63,773 nucleotides of DNA, filler included, from Caldilineae bacterium (GCA_037446815.1; 3 parts of 3 records of this genome joined end to end with filler, not necessarily neighbours in it), one strand, 5' to 3'. Shown: positions 36,721 through 46,388, numbered from the whole stretch's first letter. Notes: generated from the sequence alone by a model not told the origin. Numbers and translations are program-made.

Positions 36721-39201
36721 ATGGTGGATGCCTTAGCGCTCACCGCCCTGGACCTTGCTGCGGACCTCCTGGAACCCGTGCTGCCAAACCAGGCCCAAGC
36801 CGCCACCCTGGCCCGATTGGACGCCGCGGGGTTTCGTGCTGCGTGCCTGCGGCTCGGCGTCGGCATGCTGCATTGGGCTTGCGACGAAGCCCATCTGTCC
36901 CCGCGCGTCCTGTCCGATCTCCGCCAGCGCGACCGTGATCTCGTGGGGGGCTCGCTGTCCCTGCCCATCGCGCGCGCGTTCCCCTTTGCCGGCGCATTGA
37001 TCTCCCTCGCGGGTGGCTACTACGAGCAGCCTGCCCTGGGGGAGCGCGGAGCGCCGCACGTCGGCAGCGACACAGGCCCCGCCCTTCTCCTGGACGCCCT
37101 AGGGGTGGGCGCGCCCGCGGTCTACGCGCCTGTGGCGCACCGCAGCCAGGTGTTGGGCCTGCTCCTCATCTGGGGCGACGCCATCACGCAGGATTCGGTA
37201 GGACCTGCCGAACGCCTGGGGGCCATCCTGGGCGCGGCCATTGCACGAGCCGCAAGCAACGGGCCTCTCGTTAGGGCATCCGACCCGTGCGGAGAGGCGC
37301 TCCACATCCTGCAATCGGTTATCGCCACGCTGAGCCTGGATCAACCTCTTGAACAGTCGCTGGCGCAAATCCGGGATACCCTTCCGAAACTCATGCCTGA
37401 CTGGCTCCCGCCGCTGTTCGCCGTGCGCGACGCTGAGTCGGGCCAATGGATTTGGCGGCCGTTCCTGCCCGAGGGGGTCGCGCGTTTCCTGGAACAGCGC
37501 ACCGGGGTGTCGCTGGACGCCATCGCCGCGCCCGTCGGCCAATCGCAGGCGTGGCGCATCCTATCCCAGGGGCAGGCCATCTTCACCCAGGATTCTGCGG
37601 AATTGGTGGGCCATCTGATAGAGCCGGAGTTGGCGCGGGCCATGCAGCAGGCGCTGGGGATCGGTTCCACGTCGGCCATCCCGCTCTATCGCAATGGCGA
37701 GGTGCTGGGCCTGATGTTCGCGACGTCGCGGCGCGATGAGTGGACCCAGGAGGAGAAAGACTTGCTGCAGGCGTGCGCGGCGAACATCGCCCTCGCCCTT
37801 CACAACGCGCGCCTCCATCAACGAGCGCAGCGGCTGCTGGACCGTGTGCGGACAGTGTTGGAACACGCTGACCGCTTTCTCCTTCCCACGGCCGGTCATC
37901 AGCGGCTTCAGGCGATTGTGGACGAGGCGGTGGGCCTGTTGGACGCCGACGCCGGTGCGCTCTACGTGCTCCAGCCCGATGGCAGCGTCGCCGCCCCCGC
38001 CTATCGCGGTATCTCCGAGCAATACCTTCAGATGGTGCGCGAGAACTTCCCGAACCTTCGCATCAGCCGCGTGATGGCCGTCCGTGCACCCGCGCACATC
38101 CCCGATATGGCCAATGATCCGAACATCACCGGTCCGGTGCTTCGGGCCGTGGTGGAAGAGGGGCTGCGCTCCATGATTGCCCTGCCGCTGATGACCACGG
38201 GCCCACTGCGCGCTGTCTTGGTTCTGTACCGCAGGCGGCCCATGCCGTTCTCCGAGGAGACGATCCTGGGCGCCCATGCCTTCGCCGTGCTGAGCGCCAT
38301 TGGGTACGAGAGCCTCATGCAAAGCCAGCGGGCCGAGCGGCAGATGGCGCAAATCGGCGCGCTCATGAGGATTCTGAAAGAAGTCGCTCTGCTGGAACGG
38401 CCCGACGAGTCGCTGTACAACCTCGTGCTGGAACACGCCTGCTGCCTGACCGATGCGCAGCACGCTAAATTGTACCTGTGGGACCCGGTTCGGGCTGTGC
38501 TGGTGGAGCAAGCCAGCATCGTCAGTGGCCAGCGCCTGGACCAGGGGTTTGTCCTCAAGCCGGGCGATGGCCTCGCGGGCAATGTGTTCCTGCGCGGCGC
38601 GCCTATCGTCTTGGACGACTACATGACTTGGGACGAGCGATTGGAGACGGTCAGCAACGACGCCATCGGCCCGGCTATGGGGGTTCCCGTGCGCCTGGGC
38701 GAGGAGATCATCGGGGCCATGGTGCTGGGTCGCAGCTTCCCCGCCCCGGGGTTTGATGACGAAGACGTGGATTTGGCCGCTGCCCTGGCCGACGAGGTGG
38801 CCATCTACCTGGCCCGCGTGCGCGCAGAGGAAGAGCGCGATCGCCAAGCCCAGTTCGCACAGCGCATCCTGGACGCCATGCGGTGCATCGTGGTGGTCGC
38901 CGACCTGCTCACCACGTGCACCACGCACGCGAACCGGTACCTGCTGGACAAGACCGGCTGGAGCCGCGAGGAGGTCATCGGCAAGCCGTGGGTGGACACG
39001 TTCGTGCCCGCCGCGTGGCGCGACCGCGTGAGGGAGGTGGCGCGACGCCTGCACGATCAGGTCGGTGGCTGGCGCTTCGCCAACCCCATCATCACCAAAG
39101 ACGGGCGCGAGTTGTTTGTGGAGTGGTACAACAACGTCGTGCGCGATGGGGAGGGGAAGGCAGTTTACATCATCGCCACGGGCGTCGTCGCGGATTCGTA
39201 G
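36721..39201 (+). CDS. Multi-GAF plus PAS sensor protein lacking an output domain
   Basis: GAF motifs (IPLYRNGEVLG, ALALHNARLH, GVPVRLGEEIIG), C-terminal PAS (GWSREEVIGKPW, IITKDG). Confidence 0.85.
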   Translation: MVDALALTALDLAADLLEPVLPNQAQAATLARLDAAGFRAACLRLGVGMLHWACDEAHLSPRVLSDLRQRDRDLVGGSLSLPIARAFPFAGALISLAGGYYEQPALGERGAPHVGSDTGPALLLDALGVGAPAVYAPVAHRSQVLGLLLIWGDAITQDSVGPAERLGAILGAAIARAASNGPLVRASDPCGEALHILQSVIATLSLDQPLEQSLAQIRDTLPKLMPDWLPPLFAVRDAESGQWIWRPFLPEGVARFLEQRTGVSLDAIAAPVGQSQAWRILSQGQAIFTQDSAELVGHLIEPELARAMQQALGIGSTSAIPLYRNGEVLGLMFATSRRDEWTQEEKDLLQACAANIALALHNARLHQRAQRLLDRVRTVLEHADRFLLPTAGHQRLQAIVDEAVGLLDADAGALYVLQPDGSVAAPAYRGISEQYLQMVRENFPNLRISRVMAVRAPAHIPDMANDPNITGPVLRAVVEEGLRSMIALPLMTTGPLRAVLVLYRRRPMPFSEETILGAHAFAVLSAIGYESLMQSQRAERQMAQIGALMRILKEVALLERPDESLYNLVLEHACCLTDAQHAKLYLWDPVRAVLVEQASIVSGQRLDQGFVLKPGDGLAGNVFLRGAPIVLDDYMTWDERLETVSNDAIGPAMGVPVRLGEEIIGAMVLGRSFPAPGFDDEDVDLAAALADEVAIYLARVRAEEERDRQAQFAQRILDAMRCIVVVADLLTTCTTHANRYLLDKTGWSREEVIGKPWVDTFVPAAWRDRVREVARRLHDQVGGWRFANPIITKDGRELFVEWYNNVVRDGEGKAVYIIATGVVADS

Positions 39202-39206
39202 GGACG

Positions 39207-39354
39207 GGGTCGGTTTCATCTTGTGTTGGTGAACCGCATGTACACTCTCCTCGTGTCGTTGCGAGCGAAGCGAAGCAACCCCACGCCTCGGAGATTGCTT
39301 CGGGCGCTCCGCGCCCTCGCAATGACAAATACCAACAGGCTTTGGAACCGCGTC
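39207..39354. mobile_element. MITE copy 6 (no TSD visible)
   Basis: CGGTTTCATCTTGTGTTGG...CCAACAGGCTTTGGAACCG. Confidence 0.76.
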
Positions 39355-39370
39355 CGTCACCCCCATCCTA

Positions 39371-39398
39371 TTGACCCTCCGCGGCCCAGGCGTATAAT
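39371..39398 (+). promoter_or_regulatory. Promoter for a probably leaderless transcript
   Basis: TTGACC-16 nt-TATAAT, ATG 6 nt downstream, no SD. Confidence 0.72.
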
Positions 39399-39404
39399 AC
39401 AGGC

Positions 39405-39833
39405 ATGGACAAGGGCGTGTACCTTCTCGTGCTCCAACTCCCCGCGGCGCGCCTGCTGAACGTTGGCGCGCTGGGGCGGTGGGATTTCCCCGCGGGGTGG
39501 TACCTGTACGTCGGCTCGGCGCACGGCCCCGGCGGTTTGCGCGCCCGCCTGCGCCGCCACCTGTCGCAGCAGAAGGCCGCGCGCTGGCACGTGGACTACC
39601 TGCGCACCGCGGCCGACTGGGTGGAGGCGTGGGTTGCGCCGCTGCCGCCCGAGTGGGAATGCGCGTGGGCGAGGCACCTGGCGCAATGGCCCGACGCCCA
39701 CATCCCAGTGCCCCGCTTTGGCGCATCCGACTGCCGCTGCCCCAGCCACCTGGTGCGACTGGACACCCGCCCCGATGCCGATTTCCTGCGCGCGCTGACG
39801 GACGGCGCGGCGACGCGCTGGGAGGGAGCCTAG
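39405..39833 (+). CDS. DUF123 GIY-YIG-superfamily nuclease
   Basis: KGVYLL, YLYVGSA, WHVDYL, FGASDCRCPSHL. Confidence 0.9.
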   Translation: MDKGVYLLVLQLPAARLLNVGALGRWDFPAGWYLYVGSAHGPGGLRARLRRHLSQQKAARWHVDYLRTAADWVEAWVAPLPPEWECAWARHLAQWPDAHIPVPRFGASDCRCPSHLVRLDTRPDADFLRALTDGAATRWEGA

Positions 39834-39836
39834 CCC

Positions 39837-40727
39837 ATGCGCGTGGTCATCTCGGCGTCGCGCCGCACCGATTTGCCGCGCTGCTACCCCGAGTGGCTGG
39901 CGCAGGTGATTCGCGAGGGCGAAGTGGACGTGCCTCTGCCCTACGGCCGTGGCTCGCGACACGTTTCCCTCCGGCCCGAGGATGTCCACACGGTTGTCCT
40001 GTGGTCCAAGGACTTCGGCCCTCTCCTGGAGAACCGCGGCGGCCTGCGCGATGCCCTGGCGCGCTACGAGCAGTGCTACGCCCTGTTCACCATCACGGGC
40101 TTGGGCGCTTCGCCGCTGGAGCCTTCGGTGCCGCCCTGGCAGGATGCGATCCGCCAGTTGGGCGCGCTGGTGGATTTCGTGGGTGACGCGCGGCGTGTGG
40201 CCGTGCGGTTTGACCCCATCGTTCACTGGACAGAAGCGGGCGCCGTGCGGAACAACATGCCCTACGCCGAGGCGATTTTCCGCGCTGCCGCCGAGCACGG
40301 CATCCCCCGCATCATCTCGTCGTTCGCCCAGATGTACGACAAGGTGCGGCGGCGCGACTGGCCCTGGCACGACCCGCCCGCCGAGGAGAAGGTGGCCATC
40401 GGGCGGCAACTGCTGGCCCTGGCGCGGGCCTGTGGCCTGTCGCTGCGGGCCTGCTGCGACCCGTTCCTGCTGGCGGCGGGCGCGGAGCAGTCCCACTGCA
40501 TAGATGCCGCGCTGCTGACGGAACTGCACCCGCGCGGCCTGGTTGCCGACCCGCGCCCCGACAAGGGCCAACGTGCCGGATGCGGCTGCACCGTCAGCGT
40601 GGACATCGGCTCGTACAGGCAGCGCTGCCCGAACGGGTGCCTGTACTGCTACGCTAATCCGTATTCACCGCGGAGAAACGGAGAACGCAGAGAAAAACCC
40701 AGAATTCCCTCTGCGTCTCCACGGTGA
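39837..40727 (+). CDS. DUF1848 family protein
   Basis: ISASRRTDLP, RFDPI, GQRAGCGC, DIGSY...CPNGCLYCYAN. Confidence 0.9.
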   Translation: MRVVISASRRTDLPRCYPEWLAQVIREGEVDVPLPYGRGSRHVSLRPEDVHTVVLWSKDFGPLLENRGGLRDALARYEQCYALFTITGLGASPLEPSVPPWQDAIRQLGALVDFVGDARRVAVRFDPIVHWTEAGAVRNNMPYAEAIFRAAAEHGIPRIISSFAQMYDKVRRRDWPWHDPPAEEKVAIGRQLLALARACGLSLRACCDPFLLAAGAEQSHCIDAALLTELHPRGLVADPRPDKGQRAGCGCTVSVDIGSYRQRCPNGCLYCYANPYSPRRNGERREKPRIPSASPR

Positions 40728-40980
40728 AACCCACTGCACCGCNNNNNNNNNNNNNNNNNNNNNNNNNNNNNNNNNNNNNNNNNNNNNNNNNNNNNNNNNN
40801 NNNNNNNNNNNNNNNNNNNNNNNNNNNNNNNNNNNNNNNNNNCAGAGAAAAACCCAGAATTCCCTCTGCGTCTCCACGGTGAAACCCACTGCACCGCGGA
40901 GAAACGAAGAACGCAGAGGGGAAAAACCAGAATCCCCTCTGCGCCCTCTGTGTCTCGGCGGTGAATTTCCTCCGCGGTGA
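40667..40980. repeat. Tandem CACCGCGGAGA hairpin repeats (collapsed at gap 40743-40842)
   Basis: Identical CAGAGAAAAACCCAGAATTCCCTCTGCGTCTCCACGGTG on both sides of the gap. Confidence 0.65.
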
Positions 40981-40994
40981 ATCCCCCGAAGCCG

Positions 40995-42452
40995 CTACCG
41001 CCGCCTCGCTAGCAGCCGCATCACGTGCCCGCGCTCATCGGCCTCGGGGAACCGCGCCGCCCACAGCAGCAGCGGGAACGCGGCCACCAACCCGGCGCGC
41101 GCCGCGACCCTCGCCCCCAGCGGCAGCGATCCCAGCGCCAGCACCGACGCCGCCCAGAGCGCCGCGCCCAGCCCCACCATCAGGCCCAAGCGCCGATACT
41201 CCCATCGGATCGGATACACGCGCTGGCCCGCGATGAACGTAATGGCCGCCAGCGCCACGTAGCCCACCACCTTGCTCCACGCCGCGGCCCCGATCCCGTA
41301 CCGCGGGATGAGTCCCACGTTCAGCGCGATGTTGAGGACAGCCGCGGAGCCGGTGAGAAACGGCAGATACGCCGTCTTCCGCCGATAGAACAGCGCGAAC
41401 ACGGCCGGATAGTAGAACCCCTGCGCCAGGTGGGCCAGGGTAACCACGGGCACCCACTGCGCCGCGGCGTGGTACGCGGGGTTCGCCACGATGCGAATCA
41501 CGTCCCCGCCCAGCGTGGCCAGGCCCAGCGCCGCAAAGGTCGCAATCCCCAGGTAGTAGGTGAAAAAGCGGGCCAGTTTCCGCTCCGCGTCCGGCTCCGA
41601 CGCCACGCGGTAGAAGAACGGCATCCAGGCCGTGTTCAGCGCCTGCATGATGAGGCTCAGGGCGATGCTCACCTGGTAGGCCAGCGTGTACACGCCCAGT
41701 TGCTCCAGCGGCACGAGGTGGTTCAGAATGCTGCGGTCGGAGAGGGTCAGCGCCCAGTGGGCCAGCAGATGGGGCACGACGGGAAGCCCATACACGAAGC
41801 CCTCGGCCACCCACCGCCGCCGGAACGCCAAGGCCGCATGGCGAAACGTCGTGAGCACGTAGAGCACCGCCATGATGCCCGAAGCGATCATCACTCCGCG
41901 CAGGTTGCCCAGCGCCCCCTCCCGCCGCCCCACCACGTAGTACAGGATGGCCGCGGTGGTCAGCAGGAACGCGCCGACCGTGTAGGCCACGTAGCAGCGC
42001 GGGCGCTCTTGCACGCGGAAGATCACCAACGGAATCACCGAAGCATTGGCGAAACACGCCGTCCACAACAGCGTCGTAACGTAGGGCGAAAACGGGATGT
42101 CCCGCACCGCAGCGCCAAAGAGGGCGGGGCCTAGCGGCGTCGCGACGAGAATTAGGGTGAGGGCCGCGCCGAGGAAGAGCACGGCTAGGGCCAGCGTCCC
42201 CAGCAGTTCGCGGCGCGCCGCCTCGTCGGGCACGTCGTAGTAGAACCGCATGGCCGCCGCGTTCAGGCCCAGCGGGTACACAATCCCCAGCACGGCAGTC
42301 AGGCTGCTCGCCACGCCCAGGATGCCATAGTCGGCGGGCGACAGGTAGCGCGTGTACACGGGAATCAGCAGGAAGGCGATGGCCTTCGTGAGCAGGTCGC
42401 CCAGCCCGTAGGTTGCCGATTGCACCACCAGGCTCTGGAGTTGGCTGAACAA
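40995..42452 (-). CDS. Polysaccharide flippase (Wzx/MOP family)
   Basis: FLLIPVYTRYLSPADYG, many TM helices, LNVGLIPRYGIGAAA; TTG start after GAGG. Confidence 0.87.
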   Translation of the reverse strand: MFSQLQSLVVQSATYGLGDLLTKAIAFLLIPVYTRYLSPADYGILGVASSLTAVLGIVYPLGLNAAAMRFYYDVPDEAARRELLGTLALAVLFLGAALTLILVATPLGPALFGAAVRDIPFSPYVTTLLWTACFANASVIPLVIFRVQERPRCYVAYTVGAFLLTTAAILYYVVGRREGALGNLRGVMIASGIMAVLYVLTTFRHAALAFRRRWVAEGFVYGLPVVPHLLAHWALTLSDRSILNHLVPLEQLGVYTLAYQVSIALSLIMQALNTAWMPFFYRVASEPDAERKLARFFTYYLGIATFAALGLATLGGDVIRIVANPAYHAAAQWVPVVTLAHLAQGFYYPAVFALFYRRKTAYLPFLTGSAAVLNIALNVGLIPRYGIGAAAWSKVVGYVALAAITFIAGQRVYPIRWEYRRLGLMVGLGAALWAASVLALGSLPLGARVAARAGLVAAFPLLLWAARFPEADERGHVMRLLARRR

Positions 42453-42462
42453 GATGACCTCG

Positions 42463-43560
42463 CTATTCGCCCGCGTTGGGCGGTGGGGGCGTGCGCAACA
42501 GCACTTTGTCAAACGTCAGGATTTCGTCGGCGTCCACATCTGCCAGCGCCGTGCCGCCCACGACGTAGTCGTACAGCGTCGGTGGGATGCCGGTGCCAGG
42601 GCGCTTGCACACCACGTCGTCGGCGGCGATGGTCTGGCCCTGGCGAATCGGGCGGGCTGCCACCAGGCTGCGGCGGGCGTGGGCGCGGGCCACCTCCTCC
42701 GACGGCAAGTAGCGCTTCTCGTCGCTCCCGAACAGCGTCTCGGCGAACCGCACGCGCTCCACAAATCGCGCCAGGTCGTTGGCGTCCATGGCGTGGTAGT
42801 GATCGTTGCCGGGGAGCGTCTTGTCGTGGGTGTAGTGCTTCTCCAGAACCTGCGCGCCCAGGAGCCACGCCAGAAGCAGCACCTCATCCATGCGGTCGGC
42901 GGGCGTGTGGTCCGAGTAGCCGATGATGTGATCGGGGAAGACGCGGCGCATGTGGGCGATCATCCCCAAGTTCGCATCGGCGTAGGCCGTCGGGTAATTC
43001 AGCACGCAGTGGAGAAGGGCCACCTGCTCATTTCCCTCCGCGCGGATGATCTCCAGCGCGCGGTGGATTTCCGACACGGTGGACGCGCCGGTGGACAGGA
43101 GAATCGGCTTGCTCTTCTGAGCGATGCGGCGCAGGAGCGGCACGTTCGTGATGTCGGCCGACGCGATCTTGTACGCCGGCATCAGCGGCTCCAGCATGTC
43201 CACTGCCCGCAGGTCAAACGGCGTGGACAGGAAGTCTATGCCGCACTCCGCCGCGACCTGAGCCAGCCGCTCGTACTCCCTGTCGCCAAAACGGTCGTAC
43301 TTCTTGAACAGTTCGTATTGACTGCGTGTCGGCTCCTTGGTGGTGTCCCAGTACGAAGGCGAGTGGCGCGATGCCAGCGTCTCGGCCTTGTACGTCTGGA
43401 ACTTGATGGCGTCGGCCCCTGCCCGCGCGGCGCGGCGCACCATCTCCACGGCCACCTCCAGGCTGCCCTCGTGGTTCACGCCCGCCTCGGCGATGATGTA
43501 GGGGCGCTGGAATCGCCCGCGCGCCAGGGTTCGCTTGCCGATGGTCATCTCATTGGGCAT
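42463..43560 (-). CDS. N-acetylneuraminate/nonulosonate synthase family (NeuB-like) with SAF domain
   Basis: IIAEAGVNHEG, KFQTY, STPFD, KIAS, GYSDHT, EKHYT, ARRSLVA, KRPGTGI. Confidence 0.92.
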   Translation of the reverse strand: MPNEMTIGKRTLARGRFQRPYIIAEAGVNHEGSLEVAVEMVRRAARAGADAIKFQTYKAETLASRHSPSYWDTTKEPTRSQYELFKKYDRFGDREYERLAQVAAECGIDFLSTPFDLRAVDMLEPLMPAYKIASADITNVPLLRRIAQKSKPILLSTGASTVSEIHRALEIIRAEGNEQVALLHCVLNYPTAYADANLGMIAHMRRVFPDHIIGYSDHTPADRMDEVLLLAWLLGAQVLEKHYTHDKTLPGNDHYHAMDANDLARFVERVRFAETLFGSDEKRYLPSEEVARAHARRSLVAARPIRQGQTIAADDVVCKRPGTGIPPTLYDYVVGGTALADVDADEILTFDKVLLRTPPPPNAGE

Positions 43561-45220
43561 TCCTCCATCTCCAATACGCGCTCTGGATTTCGCCGACGAC
43601 GCGGTTCAACCCGCCGCGGAGGTCGGTTTGCAGCAGGGCCTCGCGCATGGCGCGGCGCGTCTCCGGTTGGGTGAGGATCTCCACCAGCGCTGCCCGCGCC
43701 TGCTCCGGCGTTTGGGGCGAGGCCATGCCCAGGTATCGCACGCCCTTGCTGTAACGCGCGAACAGGTGCAGCGTCTCGCGGTCGTTCTGCGAGATGCTGA
43801 TGGTGGGCACGCCCATGGCCGCCAACTCGTACACGGTGCGCCCGTTGGACGTAACGGCCACATCGGCCTGGCGCATGACCTTCGCCATGTTCTGGACGCT
43901 GCGCTGCACATCCACCTTCTCCGCGACGGCCCGCGGCAGGCTAGCCAGCGTCTGCGCCAGGTCCGCGTCGTGCCCATACCCGGGGCCCACCACAACCTGC
44001 ACGGCCTCCAGCGGCGCGCGCTCCAGCACCTGGGGGAGCACCTCCAGCACGCGGCACGTGAGGTTGTTCTGGTCCACGCCGCCAAAGGTGATGAGCAGAA
44101 CCCGCGGCGGGTCGCGGAACTCGGCGGGCGGCACGTAGGCGAAATGCTCCGGCAGGCAGAAGTACGTATGGCCGAAGCGGTGCGTCTCCCTGGGGTGGCT
44201 GTTCTCGTACAGGGCGTTGAACACCAGATGCGCCTCGTCGGCCCCGCTCCCGAGGTCCTCAAAACTCACGACGAACGCGCCCAGTTCGCGCTGGCGGCGC
44301 ACGTAGTCGGCGCGGGTGTCCAGGATATCGTTGATGATGAGATCGGGCCGAAGCGCGGCCAGGTGATCCAGAATCTCATCCCAGCCCGCGTCTACCACCC
44401 GATACCCTCGTGCCTGGATGAGGGCGCGGGCCTGGGGATTCGCATCCACCGCGACGAAAGTTACATCGTGCCCCAGGAACGCGTCGGCGACGGTCAGCAT
44501 GCGGTACAGGTGCCCCATGCCAAACGCCGCGTTGGCCGCGACAACGACGGCCATCCGCAGTTTGCGCATCAGCGCCTCGGCCACAAGCCAGTCGGTCTTG
44601 GTGTCAATGTCCAGGCCCTCGTCTTCGGGCAACTCCATGATGGACACGCGCGGGCCGATGCCGTCGCTCGCAACAATCCACTCGGGCCGGGTGATGAAGA
44701 AGGCGCCCGACTCGCGGAAGCGCCGCGGCAACTGCTGGCGATTCACCCGCGCGGGGTAGTCGGGCACGGGGCGGCCATCCTCCTCGCGCCACATCAGGTG
44801 CGTGGCGTCCGTCGCGGCCAGGAGCGTATCCACGTCCTGGACCAGGAACGCCTCAATGGCGCGGTCCAGCGTTTCGGGCCGCAGCAGCGGGCAGGTGGGT
44901 TGAAGCCGCACCACCAGGGAGTACGGCCCGCGCTCCTGTGCGGCCCACTCCAGCGCATCCCGCACCACTGGGGCCAGCGGCACATGGTCTTCGGCCAGCG
45001 CGGGCGGGCGCCGTCGCAGGAGGACGCCGAACTGCGCGCCGTAGGCGAGGATGTCCTCGTCCTCGGACGTGAGGACGACGTCGGTAATGCGCTGTGAAGC
45101 GAAAGCCGTCTTGAGGGCGTAGTAGAGCAGCGGGCGGCCGTTGAGCAGGCGCAGGTTCTTGCGGGGCACGCCTTTGGAGCCGCCGCGGGCAGGGATGATG
45201 GCAAGGATTCGGTCGGACAC
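43550..45220 (-). CDS. CMP-nonulosonate cytidylyltransferase fused to PseG/SpsG-like GT-B domain
   Basis: IPARGGSKGVPRKN, QPTCPL, DIDT; then GMGHLYR, ITFGGVD, GRTVYELAAMGVP. Confidence 0.88.
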   Translation of the reverse strand: MSDRILAIIPARGGSKGVPRKNLRLLNGRPLLYYALKTAFASQRITDVVLTSEDEDILAYGAQFGVLLRRRPPALAEDHVPLAPVVRDALEWAAQERGPYSLVVRLQPTCPLLRPETLDRAIEAFLVQDVDTLLAATDATHLMWREEDGRPVPDYPARVNRQQLPRRFRESGAFFITRPEWIVASDGIGPRVSIMELPEDEGLDIDTKTDWLVAEALMRKLRMAVVVAANAAFGMGHLYRMLTVADAFLGHDVTFVAVDANPQARALIQARGYRVVDAGWDEILDHLAALRPDLIINDILDTRADYVRRQRELGAFVVSFEDLGSGADEAHLVFNALYENSHPRETHRFGHTYFCLPEHFAYVPPAEFRDPPRVLLITFGGVDQNNLTCRVLEVLPQVLERAPLEAVQVVVGPGYGHDADLAQTLASLPRAVAEKVDVQRSVQNMAKVMRQADVAVTSNGRTVYELAAMGVPTISISQNDRETLHLFARYSKGVRYLGMASPQTPEQARAALVEILTQPETRRAMREALLQTDLRGGLNRVVGEIQSAYWRWRNAQ

Positions 45221-45229
45221 GGAGCCTCC

Positions 45230-45329
45230 NNNNNNNNNNNNNNNNNNNNNNNNNNNNNNNNNNNNNNNNNNNNTTAATTAATTAANNNNNNNNNNNNNNN
45301 NNNNNNNNNNNNNNNNNNNNNNNNNNNNN
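45230..45329. other. Artificial scaffold linker
   Basis: N-run with TTAATTAATTAA at 45274-45285. Confidence 0.95.
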
Positions 45330-45500
45330 TTTCGTTTCATGCCATGATTATACACCAATTCTGAACCCTTTTGAAACACGCTCTAAGCCCTCTCCCGAAG
45401 GGCGAAGGCGCATCGCCTTCGGCTCGGCGTGACAACGGAATGGAAAGGCCGCGCGGTGGATCAGCGCAGGGTGGAGCCGAGCCGCCCTTTCCGCACTTGA

Positions 45501-45560
45501 CGAATTTGACAATGGGTGTACGATATGCATAGTTACGAATATTCAGGAATACGCATATAA
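45501..45560 (+). promoter_or_regulatory. Promoter/operator upstream of arsR-like gene
   Basis: TTGACA at 45506-45511; inverted repeat ATATGC...GAATATTC...GCATAT. Confidence 0.6.
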
Positions 45561-45628
45561 GGGCTTTCGTGGAGGGCGCGTTGCCTTTGAACGATACCGA
45601 GTCTGGTCGCAAGGGGAGAAAACCAAGG

Positions 45629-46003
45629 ATGCACGCGGCTTATCAAGGCTGCTCCGACCTGGTGTGCCTCCTAGCGCATCCGGTGAGGCTTCATATCCTC
45701 ACGCTCCTGGCGCGCAAGCCCGCCACGGTGTCCGAGATCGTCGCTGCCACGGGGCGTCGCCATCCCAATGTTTCGCAGCAACTGGCCATTCTGCGAACGG
45801 GTGGCCTCATCGTCGGCGAAAGGATAGGCAGGCAAATCGTTTACCGAGTTACCTCAGCCGACCTTCAAGGCCTGCTCGACTCCATCCGGCACCTGGCGGC
45901 GCACGATTCGGAACGGCACGAGCAAGCGGCGGGCACGGATGTCGGTGTGGCCCAAGCCTGGTTCCACGAGGCGCTGCGCGCTCACATCGCCTGGCCCCCG
46001 TAG
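45629..46003 (+). CDS. ArsR/SmtB family transcriptional regulator (5' part of a probable ArsR-ferredoxin fusion)
   Basis: LAHPVRLHIL, VSQQLAILR..GLI...R.G..I.Y HTH pattern. Confidence 0.75.
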   Translation: MHAAYQGCSDLVCLLAHPVRLHILTLLARKPATVSEIVAATGRRHPNVSQQLAILRTGGLIVGERIGRQIVYRVTSADLQGLLDSIRHLAAHDSERHEQAAGTDVGVAQAWFHEALRAHIAWPP

Positions 46004-46287
46004 TGGACATAAGCCTCTGCGACGGTTGTGGCATTTGCGTCTTGGTCTGTGTGCAGGGGGTGTATGCCTTTGATCCTGAGCGGCGGAAGCCAACTCTCGT
46101 GGCGCCCGATGCGTGCAACGTCGGATGCAGCACCTGCGCGACGTTGTGCCCCCCAGGCCCCATCGCCCTTCCGCCTCGCGAGACGGCGTTGTCTGCCGTA
46201 ACCGGCGGCGTTCTGGCTCGCGTCGCGGCGATGCTGCGAGAACGCCCTGGAGAACGCCAAGTAGGAGTGGGCCGCGAGGCTGCGTGA
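45960..46287 (+). pseudogene. 2[4Fe-4S] ferredoxin domain, frameshifted from the ArsR ORF
   Basis: CDGCGICVLVC...CNVGCSTCATLCP in a shifted frame with no own RBS; its N-terminal WFH...IAWPP lies in the ArsR frame. Confidence 0.62.
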
Positions 46288-46388
46288 AGGGCACGACCGG
46301 GGCTCTAGGTCCACCCGTCCCCAAGGGAAGCACGCCTTGCGTTAGGGCGTACTGAGATACCACATGAACAACAAACGGAGGGAGCAAA

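Noticed and set aside
40667..40980. Repeated units that might be a CRISPR array (also 25371-25640, 33717-33900)
   Set aside because: No constant repeat with unique spacers and no cas genes; these are dispersed hairpin repeats, partly duplicated around gaps
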